Assembly: GCA_965199855.1 (NCBI GenBank)
Contig: OZ241326.1
Span: forward strand, 608,001 to 672,000
From: a bacterium
GTDB lineage: Bacteria; UBA8248
Length of the DNA: 64,000 bases
Direction of reading: 5' to 3'
Shown here: positions 47,169-56,999 of the stretch, piece after piece
Layout: every line of letters starts with the position of its first letter
How positions within the stretch are numbered: the first letter of the stretch is position 1
The notes under the pieces: model-generated
What the model was told of the DNA's origin: nothing
Seen by the model: the letters and a program-made list of their open reading frames with translations, nothing else
Databases searched by the model: none
Program-made: the position numbers and the translations under genes

Positions 47169-47254
47169 TGGCGGAGGGAGAGGGATTCGAACCCCCGGAG
47201 CTTTCGCTCAGTGGTTTTCAAGACCACCGCCTTCGCCCGCTCGGCCATCCCTCC
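47169..47254 (-). tRNA. tRNA-Ser (anticodon TGA)
   Basis: Reverse complement shows GTGGT-CT-TGA-AA-ACCAC, a variable arm, GGTTCGAATCC and CCA. Confidence 0.97.
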
Positions 47255-47368
47255 GCGCGCCGGGGATGATACCACGCACGGGCGGGGGTGGTAAGGGCGG
47301 GGGGAGGGAGGCGTCGATATCTCTTGAATTTGACTACCGGGTGTATTAAATTTAGATATACCTCTTGG

Positions 47369-48781
47369 ATGAAAAGGAAGGATGCTCCCATGCCGCCGCC
47401 GGAACAGCTGGAATTGCCGTCGGACACCCCGTGGAATGGGGACGCCTCGGACTCGCCGAAGAATATCTTTGTGCGGATAGGTAACTGGCTGAAAAAAGAC
47501 CGTAAGCAGTGGATGTCGGAAGACTCGCTCATCGCTTCTCTCGCCGTCCTGCTGGGCGCGTTGCTGTTGGTTTTTCTTGTCGTCATGGCTTGCGACGAGC
47601 TGGAGTCGATTTATAGGTTTATGGGGCTATCGAACGATGAGGACAAAAAATTTTCGGCTCTGAAATCTCTCGGCATCGCCATGGGCGGCGTCATCCTCGC
47701 CATTCAGGCGGTGAATTCTTACAGACGATCTAAGGGGATAGAGAAAGCCGCGGATGCGCAGGCTCGTGCCGCGGATGCACAGGCTCGTGCCGTGGAGGCA
47801 CAGACTAAAGCCATAGAGCAACAGACTGCAGCGAACAAAAACGACGAGGGAAGACTTCGACAGGAACGTCTGCAAAACGGTATTGAACATCTGGGGCACA
47901 ATTCAAGCTCCGTGCGGATGAGCGGGGCTTACGAACTTTTCCACTTGGCGGAGGAAACCGAAAATCTGCGCAAAGTCGTGTTTGACATTCTCTGCGCGCA
48001 CATCCGCCTGACAACAGGCGAGAGTGAATATCAGAACGACCACGGGTCGAAGCCCTCCGAGGAAATCCAGAGCCTGCTGAATCTGCTTTTCGTGCAACAG
48101 GAGCATGAGGTTTTCAAGGGCCTCTATGTTAATTTGGCCGGTAGCTGGCTGAACTACGCTAATCTCACAGAGGCGCGTTTATACGGAGCGGATTTGAACT
48201 CCGCCCGATTACAAGGGGCTTCTCTGAAAAATGCGCGTTTACTAGGAAGTTCCCTTAAAGGTGCATATTTGCAATCTGCGGATCTTGGTAGCGCATATTT
48301 GCAAGGAGCTGTTCTTTTTGAAGCAGGCTTACAGGGAGCCCAGATGGAAAAAGCGTGCTTGGCAGGATCTGTTATCGGCGGAGCAGGACTACAAGGAGCT
48401 AAGATTCGGGAAGTGCAACTTCAGGGAGTTAAATACCAAGTCGATTCTAATTCGTTTAAGGAGCGTATCTTGAAATCAGTGGATAAAAAGGCGGATATAA
48501 ACAAAGACGAACCTAATAATAGACCTATATTTGAGGGCGGACTGGGCAAAGGCGACATAGAACGCTTAACGAAAGGTTTATCTGATAAAGATGCCCGTGG
48601 TTTAAAGGATATCCTACTAAAAACACACACTGCGGAGCGACATCATTTCATATCAGCAGAGAAGCTGGAAAATGAGGGCATCAATATCGATGCCTACACG
48701 CAAGAACAGGCCGAGGAGTGGATAGCCGAATACGAGGCGGCCATGGCGGAAGTTCCGCCGAAGAAGGAGGACGCCGGCTGA
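47369..48781 (+). CDS. Membrane-anchored pentapeptide-repeat protein (low GC)
   Basis: Two hydrophobic segments, AADAQAR heptad repeats, then A(D/N/Y)L(Q/x)G pentapeptide repeats. Start is 47369 or 47390. Confidence 0.85.
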   Translation: MKRKDAPMPPPEQLELPSDTPWNGDASDSPKNIFVRIGNWLKKDRKQWMSEDSLIASLAVLLGALLLVFLVVMACDELESIYRFMGLSNDEDKKFSALKSLGIAMGGVILAIQAVNSYRRSKGIEKAADAQARAADAQARAVEAQTKAIEQQTAANKNDEGRLRQERLQNGIEHLGHNSSSVRMSGAYELFHLAEETENLRKVVFDILCAHIRLTTGESEYQNDHGSKPSEEIQSLLNLLFVQQEHEVFKGLYVNLAGSWLNYANLTEARLYGADLNSARLQGASLKNARLLGSSLKGAYLQSADLGSAYLQGAVLFEAGLQGAQMEKACLAGSVIGGAGLQGAKIREVQLQGVKYQVDSNSFKERILKSVDKKADINKDEPNNRPIFEGGLGKGDIERLTKGLSDKDARGLKDILLKTHTAERHHFISAEKLENEGINIDAYTQEQAEEWIAEYEAAMAEVPPKKEDAG

Positions 48782-48867
48782 TGCCCACGCTGACCTGGCT
48801 CACCCGAGACGCGGACATCGCCGCGGCCTCGCGCGCGCAGATGCTGGAGAAAATCGGCGGAGGATGA
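48781..48867 (+). pseudogene. Possible 5' remnant of a type III R-M methyltransferase (mod) gene
   Basis: MPTLTWLTRDADIAAASR resembles Mod N-termini (MPTLxW). TGATG coupling to the upstream gene. Stops after 28 codons. Confidence 0.45.
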
Positions 48868-48976
48868 ATCAAAGGCGGGCGGTTCCCGAACAGCCCCTGT
48901 GAAATATGCGGCGAGGGGCGCGCGTATGCGGCGGGCGAGCCTTCCCCCGGCGTTCCGCGCCGCCCGCCGGAATCCT

Positions 48977-50263
48977 TCAGCCCCCCTCGATGACCTCCAT
49001 GCCGCCCATGTAGGGGCGAAGCGCTTCGGGGATTTCGACCGCGCCGTCCGCGCGCTGGAAGTTCTCGAGTATCGCCACCACGGTGCGCCCGACGGCCAGG
49101 CCCGAGCCGTTCAGGGTGTGGACGAAGGCGGGCTTCTCCCCCGGCGCCGGGCGATAGCGGATGTTCGCGCGCCGCGCCTGGAAGTCCCCGAAGTCGCTGC
49201 ACGAGGAAATCTCGCGGTAGGCGTTCTGCGAGGGCACCCAGACCTCGATGTCGTAGGTCCTGGCGGCGGAGAAGCCCAGGTCTCCCGCGCACAGATCGAC
49301 GACGCGGTAGTGCAGCCCCAGCCGGCGCAGCACCTCCTCGGCGTCCGCCGTGAGGCTTTCCAGCTCCTCGCCGCTCGCCTCGGGGCGGGCGAACCTGACG
49401 AGCTCCACCTTGTTGAACTGGTGCTGGCGGATGAGGCCGCGCGCGTCCTGGCCGTAGGAGCCCGCCTCGCTGCGGAAGCAGGGGGTGTAGGCGGCGTATT
49501 TGAGGGGCAGGTCGCGCCCGTCCAGGACTTCCTCCCGGTGGATGTTGGTGACGGGAACCTCGGCGGTGGGAATGAGGTAGAAGCGCCCGTCATCGACCCG
49601 GAAGAGATCCTCCTCGAACTTGGGCAGCTGGCCGGTGCCCGTCATGGCTTCGGGGTTCACCATGAACGGCGGGAGCCACTCGGTGTAGCCGCGCTCGCCC
49701 GCGTGGAGGTCGAGCATGAAGTTGATGAGGGCGCGCTCGAGCCGCGCCCCCGCCCCCCGGTAGAGGGCGAAGCGGGCGCCGGCGATTCTGGCGGCGCGCT
49801 TCATGTCGAGAATCCCCAGCGCCTCGCCCAGCTCGTCGTGCGCGCGGGGAGCGAAGCCGAAGGCGGGCTTCTCCCCCCATGTCCGCACGAGGGCGTTGTC
49901 CTCCGCGCCTTCGCCGTCGGGGATGGCGTCATGCGGCGCGTTGGGCAGCTCGAGCAGGCGGTCGCGCCGTTCGCGATCGAGCGCCGCCAGCTCCCCCTCC
50001 ATGGCTTTCGCCTCGGCGGTGATCCGCCGGCTCTCGGCCAGAAAAGCCTCGACCTCGCCGGCGGGCGCGTTCGCTCGCCTGAGCTCGCCGATTCTCCTGC
50101 CGCGCCTCCTCGCCTCGGCCACCCGGCTTTCCGCCTCGTGGGTCAGCTCCCGCCTGCGGGCGTCGATCTCCAGAATTTCGGAGAAATCCCACGTCCCGCC
50201 CCTGCGGGAGAGGGCGCGCGCCACGGCTTCGGGGTCGCTCCTGATGAGGCGAATGTCGAGCAA
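48977..50263 (-). CDS. serS: Seryl-tRNA synthetase
   Basis: [56 protein letters not shown]. Confidence 0.98.
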   Translation of the reverse strand: MLDIRLIRSDPEAVARALSRRGGTWDFSEILEIDARRRELTHEAESRVAEARRRGRRIGELRRANAPAGEVEAFLAESRRITAEAKAMEGELAALDRERRDRLLELPNAPHDAIPDGEGAEDNALVRTWGEKPAFGFAPRAHDELGEALGILDMKRAARIAGARFALYRGAGARLERALINFMLDLHAGERGYTEWLPPFMVNPEAMTGTGQLPKFEEDLFRVDDGRFYLIPTAEVPVTNIHREEVLDGRDLPLKYAAYTPCFRSEAGSYGQDARGLIRQHQFNKVELVRFARPEASGEELESLTADAEEVLRRLGLHYRVVDLCAGDLGFSAARTYDIEVWVPSQNAYREISSCSDFGDFQARRANIRYRPAPGEKPAFVHTLNGSGLAVGRTVVAILENFQRADGAVEIPEALRPYMGGMEVIEGG

Positions 50264-50480
50264 TTCCGGCTCCTTCGTCGAGGGGCGCCGCGCCGCCCGC
50301 GCGCGGAGTCGTGAAGATAGAACGGGCGGGCGCGCGCGTCAACGGAATCCGCGCCCGGGCCTTGCGGCTCCCGCGTCCGCCGACGCCGCGGGCGGTCGGG
50401 GGTATGTTTCCCCTTCCGGATGGGGTATCCTCGGCGCGTCGGGAGGGCTGTCCGGCTTCGCTGAACCCTGGGAGACGCGG

Positions 50481-50945
50481 ATGTTCGGTCTGTTTCGCGC
50501 AATGGCGCGTTCGGGCGGCGCAATCGCCGCCTGTCTGGCGCTGCTGGGTCTGGCGTTCTACGGCATCGCCCAGATGAGCGTCATCCTCGTGGACGATCCC
50601 GCCCGGGGGTTCCGGATACTCGGCGTATTCCTCCTCTTCTCGGTCGCGTTCTGCTTCGCCCTGAAGTGGGTTCTGCGGCGCGCGATCGCGCAGGCGCTTC
50701 GGCCCGTCGGCGCGGCGAAGGAGGCGACCTCGCGGCTCGTCTCCATCGGCGAGGAGGGCGGAAAGCGGGCGCTTCGCTCGCTGGGAAGGCGAATGCGCGC
50801 CGCCGGCAGCGTCCTCGCCTGGACGGCGGGGGGAGCGGCGCGCCTGGCGTGGCGCGCGCGGCGCGTCTGGCCCTTCATGCGGCGCGGCCGGGACGCCGAG
50901 AGCGCGGACGTAATCCCCCTCAAACGGAACCGCGAGGGCCGCTAG
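50481..50945 (+). CDS. Hypothetical membrane protein
   Basis: GGGAG RBS, two transmembrane segments, C-terminal ADVIPL. Confidence 0.55.
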   Translation: MFGLFRAMARSGGAIAACLALLGLAFYGIAQMSVILVDDPARGFRILGVFLLFSVAFCFALKWVLRRAIAQALRPVGAAKEATSRLVSIGEEGGKRALRSLGRRMRAAGSVLAWTAGGAARLAWRARRVWPFMRRGRDAESADVIPLKRNREGR

Positions 50946-50973
50946 CCTCCGGGGAGCGGGAAGGCGCGGCCGC

Positions 50974-51441
50974 TCACGCCGCCGGCGAATCCTCCCTCTG
51001 CTCGTAAATGAGATAATGGCTCCGCGCCATGTTCAGGCTCTCGTAGGCCGCCTGCGCCCCCTCGTTCCGGGCGTCAACGTAGAGCTGGAGGCCGCGCGCC
51101 CCCGCCTGAGCTGCGAGGTTCCCGACGTGGCCGTGCAGGGCGCGATAGACGCCCCGCCTCCTCGCCGACGGAACGACGTAGACGTTCTGAATCCACCAGT
51201 AATCCCCGTTGTTCCAGTCGCTCCACTCCAGGGTTACGCGGATTTGCCCGATAATCTCATCGCCCCGATGCGCGAGGTAATACCGCCCCTTCGAGGGGTC
51301 GGAGATTGATTTTTCCACCCCCCGCCGGACGACGCCGGGCGCCAGGCGCAGATTTTCGCTCTCGAGGGCCATCTCGACGTTGAATTCGGTGATTTTCTCC
51401 GCGTCGGCGAGAACGGCCGGCCGTATATCGAAATCCATCAT
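50974..51441 (-). CDS. GNAT family N-acetyltransferase
   Basis: EWSDWNNG..WWIQNVYV..ARRRGV, LYVD..N..AQAAY. Confidence 0.9.
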   Translation of the reverse strand: MMDFDIRPAVLADAEKITEFNVEMALESENLRLAPGVVRRGVEKSISDPSKGRYYLAHRGDEIIGQIRVTLEWSDWNNGDYWWIQNVYVVPSARRRGVYRALHGHVGNLAAQAGARGLQLYVDARNEGAQAAYESLNMARSHYLIYEQREDSPAA

Positions 51442-51684
51442 CCCTCCGGATTCGGGAAGTTCGCGCCCGCGGCGGCTTCGCGCGGAGCCTACCGAATCCC
51501 GCCGCGGGAGTAAAAGCCGCCCGCGCCGTCCGCCCGCCGGGAAAAGCGGCGGCGCGGCTGGAAACGGGCGCGGGGGAGGGCTACCATCTCCCGCGGCTTT
51601 CTTCTCAAGAGTTTCTCCGCCTGAACGCCGGCGCGAAAAGCGGGCGGGGCCGCGTCCGTCATCCGCCGGAGCGGGAGGCGTGAA

Positions 51685-52926
51685 ATGCGCCTGAACCTCA
51701 TCGCCCCGCTCGCCTGCGCCTTCTTTCTCCTTTCTCTGATTTTTCAGGAAGCGCCGGACGAATTCGCGACCTCTTTCCCGGAGGCGGCGGAGAAGGAAGC
51801 GTCCGCCGCCGGGCACTTCCGCCACCCCCTGCCCCCGATGGGCGAGGCGCCGGCGTCATACCGGGGCGCGGAGCGATCCCTGCTGCCGGAGCGCTGCGGG
51901 GGGTGCCACCCCGCGCAATACGCGCAGTGGAGAACCTCGCTGCACGCCAGGGCGATGGGACCGGGCGTCTATGGGCAGCTCGTCGATATGTGGCGGACGG
52001 ACCCCGGGGGCGCGCGGAGCTGCCATGAGTGCCACGCGCCCCTGGCGGAGCAGCGAAGAAGGGTGAAGGCGGGCGCGGGCGCCTCCGCGCGCTGGCGGAA
52101 GAACCCGGCGCATGACGCGAGGCTGGAGAGGAGCGGGTTGTCCTGCGCCGCCTGCCACGTGCGGGCGTGGCGCGTGCATGGCCCGCTCAGGAGGGAGGCG
52201 TCCCCGGCCGGTGCGGCGAGGAGCGGCGCGCACGCCGGCGTGGAGCGCGCGTCTTTTTTCAGCCGCTCCGAATTCTGCGCGAGCTGCCACCAGCACGACT
52301 TCCCCGGCCCGAACGGAAAGCCGATTCAGAACACGTACAACGAATGGAAGAACTCCCTCTGGGGCCGGGAGGGAGTCGCCTGCCAGAGCTGCCACATGCC
52401 CGGGGGCGCGCATCTGTGGCGGGGCATCCACGATGCGGAGATGACCCGGGGCGCCGCGCGGATAGAGGTGGCGCTTGGCGAAGAAGCGTCCGGGGAGGTC
52501 GCCACCGCCCGAATCAGGATCACGAATTCGGGCGCCGGCCATTACTTTCCCACGTACATTACGCCTTCGGTGGAGGTCGTCTCCCGGCTCGAGGACGCGA
52601 GCGGGCGCGCCCTGCCGGGCTCCCGGCAGATCAACGTGATCGGGCGGAGGCTCTCGCCCGACTTCAGCCGGGAGATCAGCGACACGCGCATCCCTCCGCA
52701 GCGGTCCATCACGTTCCGATACCGGCGCGCGCGCCCGCGGCGCGCGGCGCGGCTCCGGGTGCGCGTTCGCGCGCGCCCCGACGCCTTTTATGAGGATTTC
52801 TTCCGCCGCTTTCTCTCGCGCCCCGGCATTTCCGAATTGTCGCGCGGGCTCATTGAGCGGGCGCGGGACGCGGCCGCGGCGTCGGGCTTCGACATTTACG
52901 ATGAGTCGTTCGGGCTGAACCCCTAG
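51685..52926 (+). CDS. Exported multiheme c-type cytochrome (5 CxxCH, cytochrome c554-like)
   Basis: CGGCH, CHECH, CAACH, CASCH, CQSCH. N-terminal signal and a GAGHYFPT domain. Confidence 0.88.
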   Translation: MRLNLIAPLACAFFLLSLIFQEAPDEFATSFPEAAEKEASAAGHFRHPLPPMGEAPASYRGAERSLLPERCGGCHPAQYAQWRTSLHARAMGPGVYGQLVDMWRTDPGGARSCHECHAPLAEQRRRVKAGAGASARWRKNPAHDARLERSGLSCAACHVRAWRVHGPLRREASPAGAARSGAHAGVERASFFSRSEFCASCHQHDFPGPNGKPIQNTYNEWKNSLWGREGVACQSCHMPGGAHLWRGIHDAEMTRGAARIEVALGEEASGEVATARIRITNSGAGHYFPTYITPSVEVVSRLEDASGRALPGSRQINVIGRRLSPDFSREISDTRIPPQRSITFRYRRARPRRAARLRVRVRARPDAFYEDFFRRFLSRPGISELSRGLIERARDAAAASGFDIYDESFGLNP

Positions 52927-55250
52927 AAAGCCGAGCGGGGAGGCTTCTCCCCCCGAACCGCGCGCGCGACGTCCTCCGGCGCGATGGGCAGCCTGTTCAG
53001 GTTGGGGTTCGCCGGGTCGCCGACGGCGTCCGCGATGGCGTTGGCGATCGCGGGCGCGGCCGGAATGAGCGGCATCTCCCCCGCTCCCTTCGCCCCGAAG
53101 GGCCCCTCCACGTCGGGCGACTCCACGATCACGCTCTCGATTTCCGAGACGTCCAGGCTCGTGGGGTTGAGCTGGCTCTCGAAGTCCGCGTGGGAGATCG
53201 CGCCGTCTTCATGGTGAACCTGCTCCGCCAGCGCCCAGCCCAGCCCCTGCGCGATGCCGCCCTCTATCTGGCCGTTCAGGGTGAGGGGGTTCATGGCGAA
53301 GCCCACGTCCTGCGCGCTGGTGATTCTCAAGACCGAAACCTCGCCGGTTTCGACGTCCACCTCGACCTCGGCGATCTGGGCGGCGAACTCGGGCCCCGGC
53401 CTTGAGGGCTCCGGGTGGCCGCGCGCGTTCTCCGCCCGGTGGGGCGGGTTCTCCCCGCGGTAGGCGCCGCGGCCGGTCACGGGCCCCTCGCCTTTCCAGA
53501 CGGCGGAATGCGCCGCTTCGGCGAACGCGACGGCGCGCGAGGGCGCCGCGCGGACGAAGATGCTCCCCTCTCCGACCTCCAGATCCTCCGGGGAGGATTC
53601 GAGCATCCGCGCCGCTTGGCGCAGCATCTGCCCGCGCGCGTCCTCCGCCGCCATGCGCACCGCGTGCGCCATGTTGAAGGTGGTTCGGCTGCCCGCGCTG
53701 ATGGCGTCGAAGGGCGCGGCTTCGGTGTCGGCGATGAGAACGCGCGCCTTCCGGACGTCCGCGCCCAGAACCTCCGCCGCCACCTGCGCCATCAGGGTGG
53801 CCGCCCCCGTTCCCAGATCGGAGCACCCGGTCAGGACGGTCAGCCCCCCGTCCTCGTTCACCTTCACCACGGCGCCCGACGCGCCCCCGCCCGTGGGATA
53901 GCGCGCGCAGGCCGCGCCCATCCCCCGGCGGATTCGCCCGCCCGGGCCCCTCCCGCCCCTCTTCGCCCAGCCCGCCCTCTCGCCCGCGCGCTTCAGCGTT
54001 TCCTTGACGCTCACGCTCTGGAGAATCGTGCCGGCGGGGTCGGCGTCGTTCTCCTCCATCGCGTTCAGGAGCCGGAAGGCGAGGGGGTCCATGCCCAGCT
54101 CGCGGGCGACGCGGTCGGTGTGCCGCTCGCAGGCGAAGGCGACCTGCGCCACGCCCAGCCCCCGGTAGGAGCCGCTGGGGGGCAGGTTCGTATAGACGAG
54201 CAGGCCGTCCACCCGGACGTTCGGAATCCTGTAGGGCCCCGCGGCGGTGTAGCAGGATTTTCCCAGCACCATCGGCCCGGTCATGCAGTAGGCGCCGTTG
54301 TTCGCCGTGATCCGGACGTGGCGCGCGAGGATTCTCCCCTCCTTCGTCACGCCCGTGCGGTAGCGCATCCGGTAGGCGTGCCTCGGGTTTCCGGTGATGG
54401 TCTCCTCCTCGCGGCTGAGGGTGAGCTGGACGGGCCTGTGCGTTTTCCGGCTCAGGAGCGCGGCCACGGCCTCCAGCAGGTGCTGGGATTTGCCGCCGAA
54501 GGCGCCGCCCACGTGGGTGCTCACCACGCGCAGCTTGTTCATGGGCAGCTCGAGGATTTCCGAGGCGATGGCGCGCACCACGAACGCCGCCTGGGTGGGC
54601 GAGTGCACGATGGTGCTGCCCTCGGGGCCGGGCTCGGCGAGCACGGCGCGGGGCTCCAGATAGTTCTGGTGAACGCGGGGCGTCTCGTAGGCGTCCTCGA
54701 AGACGAAATCGGCGCGCGCGAGCGCCTCCTCGATGGGCGCGCCCGACTGGATGAGAATCTCGGAGGCCACGTTTCCGTAGCGGACGGCGCCGGGAAACGC
54801 CTCGTAGTCCTCCGGCGCGTCGTGGAGGAGCGGGGCGCCGTCCCTGAGCGCGTCTTCCGTCGTGAACGCGGCGGGGAGCGCCTCGTAGTCCACGCGGATG
54901 CTCTCGACGGCGGCCCGGGCGGCCTCGGGCGTATCGGCGGCGGCGGCCGCCACGCGCTCGCCGACGTAGAGCGCCTTGTCGATGGCGAAGAGCGGCTCGT
55001 CGCGCACGAGCCTGCCGTGGCGGATGCCGGAGAAGTCCGCCGCCGTGACGACGGCGCGCGCGCCGGGGATTCTCCGGGCGGCGGCCGCGTCGATTTTCCT
55101 GATTCTGGCGTGCGGGTGCGGGCTCAGGAGCAGTTTCGCGGCGAGGAGGCCGGGCCTTCGCAGGTCGTCGCCGAAGTCGGCGAGGCCGGAGACTTTCTCC
55201 GCCGAGTCGAGCCGGGGGATGGGCTTGCCCAAAAGTCGGTAGTCGGACAT
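52923..55250 (-). CDS. Xanthine dehydrogenase family molybdopterin-binding (large) subunit
   Basis: VGGAFGGK, YRGLG, AGSR, GQIEGG, GAKGAGE. Confidence 0.93.
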   Translation of the reverse strand: MSDYRLLGKPIPRLDSAEKVSGLADFGDDLRRPGLLAAKLLLSPHPHARIRKIDAAAARRIPGARAVVTAADFSGIRHGRLVRDEPLFAIDKALYVGERVAAAAADTPEAARAAVESIRVDYEALPAAFTTEDALRDGAPLLHDAPEDYEAFPGAVRYGNVASEILIQSGAPIEEALARADFVFEDAYETPRVHQNYLEPRAVLAEPGPEGSTIVHSPTQAAFVVRAIASEILELPMNKLRVVSTHVGGAFGGKSQHLLEAVAALLSRKTHRPVQLTLSREEETITGNPRHAYRMRYRTGVTKEGRILARHVRITANNGAYCMTGPMVLGKSCYTAAGPYRIPNVRVDGLLVYTNLPPSGSYRGLGVAQVAFACERHTDRVARELGMDPLAFRLLNAMEENDADPAGTILQSVSVKETLKRAGERAGWAKRGGRGPGGRIRRGMGAACARYPTGGGASGAVVKVNEDGGLTVLTGCSDLGTGAATLMAQVAAEVLGADVRKARVLIADTEAAPFDAISAGSRTTFNMAHAVRMAAEDARGQMLRQAARMLESSPEDLEVGEGSIFVRAAPSRAVAFAEAAHSAVWKGEGPVTGRGAYRGENPPHRAENARGHPEPSRPGPEFAAQIAEVEVDVETGEVSVLRITSAQDVGFAMNPLTLNGQIEGGIAQGLGWALAEQVHHEDGAISHADFESQLNPTSLDVSEIESVIVESPDVEGPFGAKGAGEMPLIPAAPAIANAIADAVGDPANPNLNRLPIAPEDVARAVRGEKPPRSAF

Positions 55251-55297
55251 GCGCGGCCTCGGCGGGGGTGACCGCCGCCTCCATGAAGCGGAACGGG

Positions 55298-56047
55298 CTA
55301 CTGTATCGCGTTTTTCAGCTTTTCAAAAAAGCCGCGAATCCGTCTGGCGTTCGCCCCGACGTCGCCCGCGCCCACGCGGGACTTCGAGCGGATGTCGAGG
55401 CGCGTCTTCGCCCCGCTCGACGTGACGCGGACAACGATGTCGTCGACGAAGCCGTACCAGAACGTGGCGTCCGTCGCCTCGATGCGTCCCTCCGCCGGAT
55501 TCGACGCGACGACGCGCCAGCCCATGGCGCGCGCGGCGGCGAGGGCGCGCCCGAACACCTCCCTTTTTGAATCCCGCGAGATGAAGGGCCCGATGTCGGG
55601 ATACGCCTTCTCCTGCAGCCGCGCGATTCGCGCCCCCTCGTAGGCGGGCGGGTTCTTCGCCCCTTCCCGCAGGGGGAGGAGCGCCCGGAAGGCGGGCGGG
55701 TTTCGCGCGTCCGTCGTGATGTCGTGAATCCTGGGCACCCGTCTCGCGATTTGCATCTGCGCGTGAAGAAAGCCGGCCACGGCGAAGCCCAGCGCGGCGG
55801 CGGCCGCCGCGGCCAGCGTTCTGCTCCGGGAGGCGTCGCGCAGGGCGAACACCCCTCCCGCCACCGAGACGGGCACGGAGAAGAGAGCGATGACGGAGGC
55901 GGCCTTGAGAATCCGGAATCCCGCGCCGAAGCCCCACAGCTCCCAGCGATGGCCCGCTCCCGAGGCCAGGGCGGCGAGGGCGCAGGCGGCCGCGATCGAC
56001 AGGCCCAGCCAGGCGAGGGACGCGAGGGCGAAGCGCTTCCTGGTCAC
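55298..56047 (-). CDS. DUF1499 membrane protein
   Basis: IHDITTD..PPAF, IEATDATFWYGFVDD, DIRSKSRVGAGDVGANARRI. Confidence 0.88.
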   Translation of the reverse strand: MTRKRFALASLAWLGLSIAAACALAALASGAGHRWELWGFGAGFRILKAASVIALFSVPVSVAGGVFALRDASRSRTLAAAAAAALGFAVAGFLHAQMQIARRVPRIHDITTDARNPPAFRALLPLREGAKNPPAYEGARIARLQEKAYPDIGPFISRDSKREVFGRALAAARAMGWRVVASNPAEGRIEATDATFWYGFVDDIVVRVTSSGAKTRLDIRSKSRVGAGDVGANARRIRGFFEKLKNAIQ

Positions 56048-56354
56048 GAGTTTTCTTCTCCGGCGCCGGAAGGGGCGCTTTTCGATCCCTGGGGGCTGTC
56101 GGGTCGGCGGCTCGCCGCGACTCCGCGCGGGGCGCCTTTGGTTCGCGTCCTCCGAAGTGTGGTATCCTGCGCGAGACCGCGCCCGATTCTATACGAGGGA
56201 GCGCCATGCGGCCAATTCCACCCGCGAAGACCCGCCCGCCCGCTTTCGGGCGAAGGCCGGTCGGCCGGAGCGCCGCGGCGGAATTGCCCAGCGGCCGGCC
56301 CGGGACGATCGGCTATCGCCGCCGCGCCTTTTCTCTCCTCTGCTCGGGGACGCC

Positions 56355-56999
56355 GTGAGGCTCGACCCGTCGCTGGTCGTCATCACCGACCGGAAAATCC
56401 TGGCGCGCGCTTCCGGCAGAGGGCTCGAGGACGCCGTTCGGGCGGCCGCCGGCGGCGGGGCGAGCATGATTCAGCTCCGGGAGAAAGACGCGGGCGGCGC
56501 GGAGACGCTCCGCATGGCGGACGCGCTGCGCGAGGCGCTGGTGGGGACGGGCTGCGCCTTCGCGGTGAACGATCGGGTGGACGTGGCGATGGCCTGCGGC
56601 GCGGACGGGGTGCATCTGGGGCGGGAGGATTTGCCGCTTCCGCGGGCCAGGGCGATGGCCGGCGGCGCACTGTTCTACGGCGCGACCGCCGGGAAGCGCG
56701 AATGGGCGCTGCGCGCCGCCGCGGAGGGGGCGGACTACATCGGCGTGGGGCCCGTGTATGAGACGGGGAGCAAGGCCGGCGCGCGGGAGCCGATAGGCCC
56801 CGAAGGATTCCGGGAAATCATCGGTCTGGCCCCCGGCCTTCCCGCCGTCGCCATCGGGGGAATCGGCGTCGAGAACGTGGAGGCCGTGATGGCCGCCGGC
56901 GCCTCCGGCGTCGCCGTGATTGGCGCGGTGATGGGGGCGTCCGACCCCGAAGGGGCGGCCAGGGCGCTGCGGCGCCGCGTCGAGAGGGCGAGGGGATGA
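56355..56999 (+). CDS. thiE: Thiamine-phosphate synthase
   Basis: QLREK, VNDRVDVA, GVHLG, DYIGVGPVYETGSK, AIGGI. Confidence 0.93.
   Translation: MRLDPSLVVITDRKILARASGRGLEDAVRAAAGGGASMIQLREKDAGGAETLRMADALREALVGTGCAFAVNDRVDVAMACGADGVHLGREDLPLPRARAMAGGALFYGATAGKREWALRAAAEGADYIGVGPVYETGSKAGAREPIGPEGFREIIGLAPGLPAVAIGGIGVENVEAVMAAGASGVAVIGAVMGASDPEGAARALRRRVERARG

Noticed and set aside
47169-47254. Possible tRNA-Sec near the selenoprotein genes
   Set aside because: The anticodon is TGA (reads Ser UCA), not TCA, and the acceptor stem is a normal 7 bp. selC is not in this window.
56050-56355. TPP riboswitch upstream of thiE
   Set aside because: No CTGAGA / ACCTGA core motif is visible.
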